Shown here: positions 11,784 to 24,159 of the stretch, one piece after another
Numbering within the stretch: the stretch's first letter is position 1
Layout of the letters: every line of letters starts with the position of its first letter
Source: Hydrolagus colliei
Lineage: Eukaryota
Direction of reading: 5' to 3'
NCBI GenBank assembly: GCA_035084275.1
Contig: CM068767.1
Span: 8,742,001-8,806,000 of the forward strand
DNA: 64,000 nt
The notes under the pieces: model-generated
Databases searched by the model: none
Told to the model about the DNA's origin: nothing
The model's input: the letters and a program-made list of their open reading frames with translations, nothing else
Program-made: the position numbers and the translations under genes

Positions 11784-12529
11784 CAATTATTCATTCATCC
11801 ATTCATTCACAGTAGCACGGTTCACAGCTGGCTGCTGCCTGGCTGAGCTGGGCTGTCGAGGGCAGGTTTGTCCAGTCCTTCAGAATGGGTTCAGACGCCC
11901 CTGGTAAACCAGCTTTCTTTTTCACCTCTTCTTTTTTCCTCTTCAACTCACGGCACCTGGCATCAGCCCGGGAGATTTTAAATAACATGTCAGTGCAGTC
12001 GCTGAGCTGCTGACCCAGTCATCTCCTCTCCTCGCCCCCCCCCCCCCCAGTGTAATGGTGCCTGTTTATCCTGATGCCTCTCAGGCTCGAATAAAATTGG
12101 ACTGTGGCAACTGAGCTTGGTGCTGGGAGCCGGAAAATTAAACAACTCTGGCTTCTGCTCTGCACAGACCTGCGGTACTCAATCACCTCCACTGGGTGGT
12201 GCCTGGGCAGTCTGGTCACTGGCCTGGATTGGAGTTCTTTGCCTCTGTGTTTGGCATTGAGCAGCCTCCAGTCTCCAAGCGCAATCGACCGCTTTGAGAG
12301 AGATTTCTGCTGTGTTGGGAGTGAGCCGCAGCCGACAATAAATGCTTCACTGTCTTCCTTGTGTATGTTTGAATCAATCCGTGCAGTGCGGGGCTGGTCT
12401 CCACCTGATACACACTCATGTCCTCAGTTGGCAGTACGCTTGGCCCCTTACAACACACTCCAGGGGCCAGTGTTGGGCCACGCTGCCGCATGGTCCGAGA
12501 GGGAGATGTTGCCCACTAAACCCCTCTAC

Positions 12530-12690
12530 CAACCTGTCTTGCCTGCTTCACGTCCGCTGCTTTGCCCGTCCCACCATTGGAGGGTGGGCCTTCAGCTTCT
12601 CTGCCCCCATCCTGTGGAACTCCATCCCACAGTCCCTCCACCTCGCCCGCTCCCTTGCCTCCTTTAAGAACCATCTAAAGACCTTGCACT
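12530..12690 (+). mobile_element. L2 LINE ORF2 C-terminal fragment
   Basis: TIGGWAFSFSAPILWNSIPQSLHLARSLASFKNHLKTL. Confidence 0.8.
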
Positions 12691-13719
12691 TCGATATTCC
12701 GATTTTGTGTTGTGACTTAGTGTACAGCTGCTCCCAGGGTGAACGCTGAGAGATTCTCTCACCATAGGTTGCTAATGTGTGTTGGCACTCTGACCTCAGA
12801 GAGGGTGTTGACCTGGGTGAAGAGAGAATGTCAGTGCAGGCGTACGCTTGCTGCCAAGTGTTTCGCGAGGCGGGTATTACTGCATCACCAAAGCAACCGC
12901 ATTGCCAATAACTCGGGAGACCAGGGAAGGGTTCATTAATTTAACGTTACAACCAATTATGTTACAAAAGCCAATGTCAAGCTTATAGAGCCTCTCCTCC
13001 CAAATGTTGTTCCCCTGGGAGATGCTGTTCTCTTCCCCCAGCGAAGGTGAGGATGGATCCCGGCTGCCCGGTCTACAGTGTAGTGTGTGTGCGCGTGTCA
13101 GAGGTTGGCTGCAAGATGGGAGTAAATGGGGGAAGGTGATACTGTCGATCAGGTTTGTTGGATTCCGTACGGTATTGTGTTACTTCTCCAGCGACTGGTG
13201 GGGAATTCTGACGGGGAACTGATGTTGAGGAATGTTGTGCGTGCTGTACGGTGAGTTATGGGCCCATTGTGCTGGGGAAGAATGATGGCTAGAGTGCTTA
13301 GGTCGCTGCCAGTGTGCAGTTCGCAGACCTCATCAATGACCCTTTGAAGGTGCTGCATGAATCACCCGCTTTGTGACAAGAAAATCCGAATTACAATCTG
13401 CGGGTCAGGTGCCGACCACATAAACCCGGCCAGGCTGGGCTAGGACCTGCTGTACACGGCTGTGGCTGCAGTCGGGGGTTTGGGTGAGGTTGTGGAAGCA
13501 TTGAGGCTGAAACTTGTCCTCGTGCAGCTGCGGGCGGAGTCACAGGCCTGGTTCCTGTCAGACCTGGGATCAGATAAAACACCTGGCAGTGGCTTGAGTC
13601 CAACCTTGCTCCATTAGTGCCAATGTTACCAAGTCAACATCTTATCAGCTATTGCGTTTGTCCCCTACCAACTTGTCCACAGCCTCCACTTAATGGGTTC
13701 TGGCCAGCTTCACATCCCC

Positions 13720-13880
13720 CGCATTGCCACCACACCATTGGTGGGCAGGCTTTCAGCCACTCTGCGCCCACCCTCTGGAACTCTGTCCCACAGTCCTTCC
13801 GCCTTACCGCCTTCCTTGCCTCCTTCAATACCAGTCTCAAGACCCTCCTCTTTGACTGTGACTTTGATCATCCTCCTATC
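13720..13880 (+). mobile_element. L2 LINE ORF2 C-terminal fragment
   Basis: TIGGQAFSHSAPTLWNSVPQSFRLTAFLASFNTSLKTLLF. Confidence 0.8.
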
Positions 13881-14309
13881 CATGGAGAGTGAATGACCAC
13901 GGGAGGAAAGTTCAGAGGACCACTGACCCATGGTTGTATTAATAAATGTGATGGGTTATTAGAGACAAAAAGGAGATTCGCTCTCTTCAGGAGAGTGGAA
14001 TGTTAAATCTATATGGAAGGATGTGTTGCAGAGAATTGTAAATAAAGAATAATTCTGATTTAAGAAAAGTAACCGACTGAGAGCTTTCCAAATACACTTC
14101 AGTGTAAAGAGCCTCTGTTACTTTAGCTGTTAGCCTGACTCAATCTGTGGTGCTCAGTTGATCAGTTGGGATCTCTAGCCAATAACCAGCTCAAGTTCTT
14201 ACCACCAGGTGAGACAATAACTACAGCTTTTAAATGCATAAAATTTGGATTGGTTTTATATTTAGACAAATAAATTCCCAAAATTACATTTAAATGCGAT
14301 TTTCATGTT

Positions 14310-14790
14310 GGGAGCACATCCCAAGGCACTGGACAGTCAAGAGTTTCAGATCTAAACTGGAGTCAGGATCGGTGAAGGTTGAGGGAAGGTAAGGGGGGAG
14401 GGGGGGGGGGGGGTGACCGGTGGCATGGTCAAAGATGAGGTCTTGAGGCAGGACTTCAAGGACGCAAAGGTTGGGGCCAGAGTGGCTGAAAGGTCGCCCA
14501 CCAATAGTATGGCAGGTAGATTGGGGAACATAGAGCTGGAGCCTGCTGAGTGAAGGGAGAGGACAGTTTGATAAGGGATTTGAAGGTTGTGGAGTTAAAG
14601 TGGGGCAAGGCCATGGAGGGTTTTAAAGGTGAGGATCTGGGATGACCGACGAGGAGGGAGTTTCCGTAGTTAAGTCTTGATATGATGAATGCATAGGTGA
14701 GGGTGAGGCAGTGTCGGAGTCTGGAAATGTTACGAAGGTGGTAGAAGGCAGCGCTGGACATGGCGCAGATGCGTGGGAGAAAGGACATGT
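14310..14790 (-). mobile_element. L2 LINE fragment
   Basis: AFYHLRNISRLRHCLT..AFIISRLNYGNSLLVG on the minus strand, plus an L2 3' end. Confidence 0.8.
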
Positions 14791-15764
14791 TATTGGGCGA
14801 GGGGCTGGTTTCAGCCGTTGATCACCTGTTGATATCCAACGTTGGGGGTCAAATAGTAGCCTGCGACAGTGCTTGAGTCTCTCCCAGTGTTCAGACCAAC
14901 AATCCTCCAGATAAAGTTCAGACCAACAATCCTCCAGTCATCTCATGGTTTGTCAGGCAGCTGCTTTTGCCTAGAAATTGTCAATTACCTATACAGCACT
15001 CAGATTAGCTATATAGATATTTTTAAGTTCAAGCTAGTGCTGCATCAAATACAAGGACAGGTATCGTATGTCACTTGTACATTTCCTGATGAAAGCAAAG
15101 CCTGGGAGGTGTGAGCAGAGCAGTTAGTTTACAGGGTGTTGCCCGTTTCTACACTATTGACTCGAAGTCAGGGGACGTCACTGTTGTTCACAAACACTTC
15201 TTCAGCAAACACATTTTGCCCGAGAAAAAAATTGATTTCTTGAAATTAATCAATAATTACATTTATAGAGCGCATTTCACGTTGGGAGGACGTCCCAAGG
15301 CGCTGAACAATCGGGTTTGTTGTGGATACCGGGACAGTGATCAGGGGCTGATTGCAACAATCCCCTTTCAGACTAAAGGAATGCATCGAGCACAACAGTT
15401 CGGCTTTAGGTTACAGATCGATTACAATGTTCTTTTTGATAAGGGCTATGATTTACAAGGGACATCCTTTGAACCTGAGTCATTCTCAGCCAAGACTGAG
15501 TGTGAAACTTTCTCCTTTCCTACTTAGCTCCTTCTCGCTTCCTATTCTCGGGATCTCTTTTTCCCCCACCCCACCTTCCTGCTCTCTCCAACTTACTCCG
15601 CACTCTCTCGCTCCAACTTCTCACACTCTCTCTTTGCACCTTTATCAGCTCCAGCTCAACCACTCGAACCCCCTGCTCCTCCGCCCAGCACACAGAGGGC
15701 TAGAATCTGTGGCACAAGCAACAATTCAACCACCTCAATCTTCAGAGATTTTCACTTTGACTTT

Positions 15765-15970
15765 GCTTAGTGATAATATCTGGAGGCATGAGATTAACAA
15801 CAACAATTTTATTATAAAACACCCTTCACATAGGGGTGAACGGGTGCCTAACTTCCACATGTATGCAGATGACACCGAACTCCAGCTCTTCCTCCTCCCT
15901 TGATTCCAGGACTATTGGTATCTGTCAAACCTGACGTCCTGCAATAAGAACCAATTTTCTCCAGTTGAAT
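15765..15970 (+). mobile_element. L2 RT fragment (YADD region)
   Basis: LLSDNIWRHEI...NFHMYADDTELQL. Confidence 0.65.
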
Positions 15971-16785
15971 GTCTGAGAACCTCCTATTAGCACCTCCTCA
16001 GCTCAAGTTGGATACAGAATTAACAGGTAGTACATCCTGCAATGCCAATGATCAGAAATCTAAAGCTGGCTTGCAGGGTTGCCTACAGCTGTTCTGTTCA
16101 CTGACTACTCTCTGGATCTTTTTGTTTCAGCATATTTCTTCCTTCACATCATTCAAAGGGTTAAAAGAATTCTTGTCGTCAACAAATTCAAATAAATCAT
16201 CAGCACGATTAGGCTCCTGTAAGGGCAGAAATTCTGTAATCTTTAACTTTTAAATCAAAAGCCCTGAAAGGTCACGTATTGTTTTCATGTTGAATCATGC
16301 TGGATTATTTGGAAATGTGTATGGTACAACGTGAAGTCACAAAGCCTAATGGGCTTACCAGAATCTCGAGTTGTTCACCGATGCTTTGCAATCAATTCAG
16401 CTCAGACTACAACAACAACAAAATTGCATACAGTACATAGAGCGCACCAAGACATCCTCTTTGCAAAACACATTTGCAGAAAGATGGTTGGATTGTCATG
16501 ATGTACAAAATAGCCAACACCCATTTCAGTTGAGTTGGGTGGCTGCCATTGTTTTCCATTACATAGAATAGCCTCAGTCCAGTTAGTGTGAGTCCAATTC
16601 GCTTGATGGTAGCGTACTCTGTGGCCATAGTTGGAGATTACTATTGTATTATGCATGATTTTATTTCCCTGCTTACAGTACAAAACCTGTATCCTGTTAC
16701 ACCCATTAAGCATTTTGAGATGAACTCCTAACGTGAAAATAAATGTTTGTGTAAATGTAAATTGTATCATTGCACTGACGGAAAC

Positions 16786-16835
16786 GTTGAGTGGTTGCAA
16801 CTAGACAACTGGTTGTCTAGTTGCAACCACTTAAC
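16786..16835. repeat. Near-perfect 24-bp-arm palindrome
   Basis: GTTGAGTGGTTGCAACTAGACAAC-TG-GTTGTCTAGTTGCAACCACTTAAC; one mismatch. Confidence 0.9.
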
Positions 16836-18832
16836 AATGATCAGTATTTAGACAATGACCTTAGTTTGCAATTTGGATAAGAAGGATTAGAAAACATAGT
16901 CAACTTCTCTGGTTTTGTAGATGAAAGCATTCCATTATATTTCTGTAATGAATCAGAACTATTTGATGACGTGATTGATCACCATTTCTGAGTGTTGGGG
17001 ACAGGTCTCGTTGACCTGAAGCTTCTGATTCAAGAGAAGAAAGGGGAGGTTGTGTTTCTGTTGCACCGAAATGAGTTTCAGATTGTTTTCCACTATTGTT
17101 TTACTGCCAGAGGTAGCACCCATTCTTGAAGGCAAAAGCCAAAAGCAGTTATGCATATGCAAACAGCAAATTTCCACACACAGTCCTGAGCTGAGCAGTT
17201 TACCTGTAGGCTCGTCAGACTTGTCTTCACCCCCACTCTTTGTATATCTGACTCTGCCGCACACTCCCCTTCGCTGGAATGTGTGGGAAGCCTGTGAATT
17301 AATCCTGTGAATGTAAACCAGTAAACGCGCAAGAGAGAAAAAAAAAGTTGACAAAAATTAGACAATTTATTATGTGTCCGGGATTGTTAAATCGATTAGA
17401 TGCACACCCACAGCACAGCAAAAGCAACTCAGATAGATACGCCAATGTAGAATAAGGTGACAGCGTTAATCAGAGTTAATCGTAGAAATTCTGTCAAAGC
17501 AATATCTCACACAGCGGCATTTCCAGAGTTGATAGAATTAAAGATGTCTCCGACTATTTAAATCATTTCTAACTGCCTCAGCTTGGCTTTCATTGAGGGA
17601 ACACCTGTGGTCCTGCGGGAGATTCCTTGGCAACGTAGAAGGATTATTCCCCCCGTTCCTGAACCCGCTTCTCACAAACAGCTGCTCAGGAACATGCAGT
17701 TAAATAGGAGGTGCTACTCAAGTCCGTTGGCTGGAAAGTGGCAAGAAGAAGGAAGTTTTGGTAACTTTTGTAACTTATTCCATCTTGCAATTCTTAGGTT
17801 CTAACTTTTAACCTGTGCTTTCCAAAGGTGTAAGGAAGCCGAACCAAACATAAACTGTGTGCTCTCCATCACCACATTTTCACGTGAGCATCAGAGCAAA
17901 ATACATCAATAAAGACGCATTTGGTGCATTTGATATAGCGCCTTTTCAGGTTGTTTTTAAATGGGTGGGAACGGTGGCAGTGGGCAGCGAGAGGTACATG
18001 ATGTTTGTAAGTAGTGGGGCAAGGTGGTGGAACTGGGAGGTAAGGAGGTTAGGAATAGGTGATACTAGATAACAATAATCCTTGCATTTGATTTGGCACC
18101 TTATCACTACTTCAAGACGTCTCATAGTGCTTCACATACTTTGTCCATAGTGTGAAGTAAATTGACTGTACTTCATGGCTGCCCATCTACAAAATCCAGT
18201 CACTACACTTCTGAAGAACGTTCTGTGAAGCTCTTTGCGACATCCTCCTGACAATGAAAGGCACCTGATCGAGTACAAGGGGTATCAATACTATTTAATT
18301 GGCTCTCACGGGGAAAATTGAAGCCATTTCCAAGAAGGACTGTATTCCTTTTGACCTTCACGTTGTGGTCGAAAGTTAAGCAGACTCTGGCTGAGAATGA
18401 GTCAGCAAGGGGGGAGTGAATGAAATACGTCGGAAAACAATGTCTACTTACAATTTCAATTGCAAATCCCCGTTTGGTCTGTGACCAGTCGCATGGGAGG
18501 ATTACACAAGTGCTTCAAGGTGTAACTTACTGAGTAATATTCATCCGATAACAGTGCCAGGAATATGCCTGCAGCTCCCCAGCCACACGGTTTGTTGTGT
18601 TTGCAGCAAATCTCACTCTGAACTCCACCCAGAGAAAAGTGCGTGAACTCGGGGAGTATCTCAGTCTTGGGGGAACTTTCAATCCCTGTTGGTTTGTTTT
18701 TTTGGGGGTGGGTGGGGAAGTGAGGGAAGCAGGAGAAGTGTCTATGTGTGTGTTGTGTGTGTTTTTTGTTGAAGAGCGAAGCTGATCCGACCGGTGGGAA
18801 TAAATTGTGTCTGGATCTGATTTGGTGTCATT

Positions 18833-18944
18833 ATGCGGCAGTCTACCGCACAGAAGATCTTCAGAAGGACTACTCTGAGAGAGCCAAAGGATAACACATG
18901 GTTTGTTCTCCTGACTTTAGTGCTTGTGCAGCTTCATTCACAGG
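18833..18944 (+). CDS. Probable first coding exon (signal-peptide-like) of the giant mucin-like gene
   Basis: In-frame TGA 15 nt upstream; encodes MRQSTAQKIFRRTTLREPKDNTWFVLLTLVLVQLHSQ (basic n-region, hydrophobic h-region); strong donor CAGG|gtaagg in phase 1, compatible with the phase-1 acceptor at 24160. Confidence 0.65.
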
Positions 18945-19451
18945 GTAAGGAAACGTTCAGAACTACTTCCCCACACACCCCCCCCCCCCCACCACACACA
19001 CACACACACATTGATTTTCAAGCTCCTATATGATGGCGGGAGGGATGGGGAGGGGGTTTCAAGCCGCACGTTGAAGGAATGAAACAGGGAATCAATCAAA
19101 GCCACCTACCTGCGTGTTGTTGTCGTTGCTATAGAAATATATCTACCGATTGGATTTTTTGTGATGTGTCAGTCTCATGCTGAATACAATAAATCATCAA
19201 CATAATACCTGTATTTGAAACAGTCACCAGAATTTGTCAAAGTCGCTGTCTAACCTAGTGACTAGGTGTGTGGGAGAACGCAGCAGTCATACTACAGTCG
19301 ATCAGAAATTTTCGTTGGGTTTGTCAGAATCCTTGTAGATATCTGGCATCACCATGCTTGCCTTGCCACTATCCTAACCAGACTTACCATCATTATAATA
19401 ATAATAATAATAATAATAACAAGAATTCCTGCATTTGATATAGTACAGTAC

Positions 19452-19738
19452 CTGTGTTTCAAATCCAGGCAGGTCAGGGAGAAACCGTGGGCAAGTTTCC
19501 TTACTCCACACGTCTTAATAATAATTTTTTTAAAAAACCCAAAAACCTATAATAAATTGGTCATTTCAATCCACGACTGTTTGTGTGGCGGACACTGCTG
19601 TGCACAATTGGCTGCCGCGTTTCACCCACAAATATATACAGTCAATTCACTTTACAGTATATTCTGTGAAGCGCTTTGGGACGTTGATAAGATGTGAAAG
19701 GCGCTGTATCAAATGCAAGGATTATTATTATTATTATC
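19452..19738 (+). mobile_element. 5'-truncated tRNA-derived SINE
   Basis: Same body (ctgtgcacaattggctgccgcgtttcacccacaaatatatacagtcaattcac) and (ATT)n tail as the other copies. Confidence 0.85.
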
Positions 19739-20841
19739 ATGTTTTGGAGATGTCTCAAAGGTTTTCACAGCATAAACTGTAAAGTGTAGTGACTGTATAA
19801 TATTGTGGGTGAAACACAGCAGACTTTGTTCCACCTACAGATGGAAATTCCTGTGTCGGAGATCGAATTTCCACTCACTTGAAATGTTCCAATTCATCCA
19901 CTGTCTCTTTATGGGTTTAGGTGGATAGGTTATGGGTTTTAGGTTAAAGATCCAATGGCACGACTGAAAAAGAGAATGGCATCTCTCATAGCGTCCTGGC
20001 CAACCATCCTCTGAAATAAATTATTCCTTCACTTCATGGGTGTCTGTGAGCCATTTCTGTGCACAAATGGCTGTCACATTAATCTACAAAAATACAGTCA
20101 CTACACTTTACAGTAACAACAACAACTTCTATTTATCTTCTTCCTCCACGGCGGACGGTGTCTCAGAGCGCTTCACACTAATGGGTAAATCCTATGCAGA
20201 GCTTTGAGACACCCTCCCAATGTAAGCAGAGCTATACCAATACAAGTTTTAAATATTAGTAGAGTACTGTAGTAAGTAATTATAATACAGAATAAATACA
20301 AACATAAGGGAACATAAAATACCAGAGAATTTTTTTATGTGTGTGTGTGTGTGGGGGGGAGGGTGGATGAAAGTTGAATAAGGTAAAGGTTTCAAAAACA
20401 AATCTTCTGCTGAAAGTGGAAATCGATCCGTTTGTGGGGGTTGGTATTGTTCAATGGTATGTGAGGCAACGTTTGGGAAGTTTTGTGTGTGTGACTGAGG
20501 ACAGATGGAGCAAAGGTCTGAAACTGTTGCTATGGAACTGTTACTGTAGAACAATAAGCTGCCGAGTTCCAACTTTGAATTGTTATGAGTTAAGGTTCTT
20601 TGCCAGAGACCCTAAGCGGAGCAAAGAATTTACTTTGGATCGATAAAGCCGAGTTGCAGTGGCTTGGTTCGCAAGTCACACACAGTTAATGTGAGGAACA
20701 TTAACTTGGATGGTTGAGAAAGTAGTTAAATTGTAAGCAGTGTGTGGCTTGCGTTGGTTGTCATGTAATGAGTCTCTCTACCCTTCCAACCTGTAGGAAT
20801 CATTGCTCAACGGGACATATGCCCAAGCTGCAGCTGGGAAG

Positions 20842-21054
20842 ATAATAATAATAATAATAATTATTATTATTATTATCCTTGCATTTGATATAGCGCTCTT
20901 CACGTCTTCTTGACGCAAAGGGAATTGACTGTATATTTGTGGGCGAAATGCGGCAGCCAATTGTGCACAGCAGTGTTCCCCATAGTCGTGGATTGAAATG
21001 ACCAATTATATTATTGTATTGTTTTTTTTGTGGGAAGGGATTATTATTAGGCGT
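20842..21054 (-). mobile_element. Partial SINE copy with (AAT)n/(ATT)n microsatellite
   Basis: Reverse-complement match to the SINE body and tail. Confidence 0.8.
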
Positions 21055-21689
21055 AAATCAATGTCTAACAGACCTGAAGAAAATACAGTAGGTTCAGTAA
21101 AGGTTAGCCAATACAAAATTAATTATGTGATAGTCGTAGGGATGGTGGAAGTGGTCTCATGCGTTTCATGCTAAATTGTGTTATCCACCGGGAAGTTCAC
21201 AAGGAGTTCCCGGTAATCACCACTGACCTCATGAGAACTAAAACTCGCACTTGGCGGTTGTCAATGACCAACTCGTGACTGTCACCCTGGGGTGGGTGGG
21301 GTGGAGAGGGGTGTGAGTGAGGGCCATAAGTGGTGTCTGCTTGGAGTTGAACAGCCTTCTGTTGTAACTCAGTTCCTGAGCCAGCTAGGTCCACACTGCT
21401 CCAAGGCACAGCTAATGGCAGCCCAGCCTGGCTCATTGGCAGCATTGGAAGGGCAGACCAGTCACTGGATTCAGCGACCAATTCAGCTCCCAATAACCCT
21501 GCTGTTAAAGCCAAGCTATGTGGTTTTAGCTGGTTAGACACCAATCCATGGTCTGGGGTCCCGAAGCCTAGCTCTTGCCAACTTGAGCCTAATACTTTCT
21601 AGTATTAGTGAGGCAGGTTGTGTCCCTGCAGAGAGAGAGTGTAAATCCCATTTCAAAAATCTATCTCTGTGATTTCCATCTGACCTGCC

Positions 21690-21905
21690 GCATTTCCACA
21701 CCCTCCCTTCCCTTTCCCCCACCCACCCAGCCCCGCAACTCCATCTTCCCTCCACACCTTCAAATCCCACCTGAACTCCTTCCTTTTTGATCATGCTTAC
21801 ACTCACCTGCCCCCTCCCTCTCTCGGTGTCAGACTCTGCCACTGTCAAGCAATCAAGGATGCCGCACCGTGTCAAGGGCTCTATATTAATGCAAGTTGTT
21901 GTTGT
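21690..21905 (+). mobile_element. L2 LINE 3' end
   Basis: caccttcaaatcccacctgaactccttcctttttga...ggatgccgcaccgtgtcaagggctctatattaatgcaagttgttgttgt. Confidence 0.6.
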
Positions 21906-22113
21906 GGCTGAAGATGGATGCATGGTTTGGATACCCTTAAGCATGGTGATGCGTTTCCACATGTGTCAGACTCCCTGCTAATAATTTGCTGGGGGTTTTT
22001 CTCGCTTCAACGATGAAAACAATGAATTTGCTATTCTTAAGTTTCCCTCCCCAACTCGAACTTGAGGTATTAATTTGCAACAGAACTGGAGTAGGTGTGG
22101 GTAATCACAGCTA

Positions 22114-22150
22114 CTAGCGCCACCCTCTGGCAGAAAGCAGTAGCTGCAGG
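22114..22150 (-). promoter_or_regulatory. Candidate CTCF site with upstream motif
   Basis: Minus strand reads TGCAG-N13-CCAGAGGGTGGCGCTAG, resembling the CTCF core CCASYAGRKGGCRS (two mismatches) plus the upstream TGCAG module. Confidence 0.4.
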
Positions 22151-22351
22151 TGGCAAAAATGGTTCAAAGTGGTATCTAAATTATACCTGTGCAGTGGTGT
22201 GGTGAACGGAAATTGATTCAATTCAATAGGATTTCAGTGAAAAAGAGGCATATTATTTTATCATCAAAAATAAGGTGTATAGAGATGTATTCCTCTGAGT
22301 CCAAAGTGAAATGCGTTTGAGAGAGGGATACAGAGTTGTTCTTTGTGACAG

Positions 22352-22429
22352 CTCAGATTTGTTTTTGTGTCAGTAACCAGAGGAACTGTGATGGAGATAT
22401 TAAGAATATCAATTTCCCATCATCACCAG
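22352..22429 (+). CDS. Candidate small phase 1-1 exon of the mucin-like gene
   Basis: ttgttctttgtgacag|CT CAG ATT TGT...TCA CCA G|gtgcaa; 78 nt, open, encodes (A)QICFCVSNQRNCDGDIKNINFPSSP and preserves frame between 18944 and 24160. The donor is weak. Confidence 0.4.
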
Positions 22430-23097
22430 GTGCAAAAAAAGTCATTGAGATTTTACACTCCTTTTGTGTAGCTGAGTAATTGAACTAGCTTGCGCTACCT
22501 GGCACTCACATGAGCACAGATTAGAAAGGAAAGGTTCTGAGAATTCATGCCTATCTTTCAAATGACTAAGCGTGGTTTACTGATGATTATATTTATGCAA
22601 ATGGGCTTCAAAGATTGGGTTGGCTTCCCCTGGGACAAAGAAGGTCAAAAGTCAGAGAGGTTTATGAAAGAATAAGATCAGAATTGTCAACAGCAAACAA
22701 CAAAATTGATTTATATACCACCTTTCATATTGGGAAGGTTTCCCAAGAGGCTGTCACTGAAAGGATAAGGGCAATCGTTTCATTGCAGACGGTTATGGTA
22801 ACATGGAACTCTTTCCCACAAGTGGTTGTAGAGCCTAGACCACGACAATGTTTGTAAATGAATTGCAGGAAAAAGAGGAAGAATAGGATGATAAAATGAT
22901 AGAATGAAAGTGCAGGGAACGGCAATGAGAGCAGATCAGCTGTACCCTAGTTGCAGCTTTGATTGCAACCAGAGGATCTATTATGGCATGTAGATTAACA
23001 CATACACAGATAGACCCAAATAAAGACATTTTGTTTTTATCTGACTCAGCTGGGAGGGCTCCTTTTGGAAGGAAACAGTGGGAGAAATTGAATATAT

Positions 23098-23430
23098 TTT
23101 CTCTCCCAGTCTCTCTGTCTCACTAAGTCTCTCTCAGTCTCTTCCTCTTTCTGTTGCTCTCTCGTTCTGTCTCTCCCAGTCTCTCTGTCCCAGTCTCTCC
23201 CTCAGATTCTTTTTCTCTCTCTCTCAATCTTTCTTTCCCAGTATCTCTCTCTCTCTCTCTCTCTGTCTTTCGCTGCCACACAAAACAAACAGTGACTACA
23301 CTTTGTAATATATATTCTCTCTCGCAATGTCTCTCTGAATCAATATCTTTCTCCCAGTCTCTCTCTGTCTCTCTCAGGTTATCTCACCATCTGAGTCCCT
23401 CTCTCAGCCTCTATCTTTGTCTGTCAGTCA
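23098..23430. repeat. CT-rich low-complexity tract
   Basis: Imperfect (CT)n / tctctcccagtctctctgtc motifs. Confidence 0.8.
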
Positions 23431-24159
23431 TGGGCGGACTCCAGCTCCCCGACCACCAGAAAAAATGCAATCCATTTATTGTGGAATATAGATGTATCTT
23501 TCTGAATGATGTGTGATTTGCTCTGTCACTAAGCAATTGCAGAATAGGATGCATACCTCATATTTGGGGGGTTAATTAACGTATTGTTCAACATAGCTCA
23601 TCATTGATAGATTGAACCCCAACCCTCTCCAAAAAAAAAGGCCCATGACACTGCCAGCTGAAAGATCTTTCCAATGAGTTATAAATGATTTGTCTATGTC
23701 AATCAGTTACTGCTTGATTGATGGACAGACAGACGGACAGAGAGACAGACATTTTGTCTTTAATACTACAGATAGGTCCAGTAGATGAGCAAGTGACAAT
23801 TCAGGATCAGTTGGTAATTGACCACATTCTGTGCTAAAATCTCCATGACGAGGGTGGCTAATCACATATTCGGCTCCGTACACCTCAAGGACACTTACAA
23901 AAGACCCTTGATCTTTGTTATTTGACTGGTTACGTTGATGTATAATTCAGTATCTTATTTGAATCAAATATTACACAACTTTATTGATGAAAATAGAGAC
24001 CAGGATCACATAATTCCATACCAAAGGACAATTATTTATGGGTAGAGACACCTTCATATGGAAAACACAAACAAATGAGCAAATTTATGAGCAGCACCAA
24101 AAGAAGTACAGGATTCCATAAAATTCCTGTTGATAACCCGAACTTATTTTATTCTACAG

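Noticed and set aside
11803-13400. Short minus-strand ORFs downstream of mrps16 (11803-11988, 13149-13358) as exons of a convergent gene
   Set aside because: No recognisable homology and no consistent splice chain.
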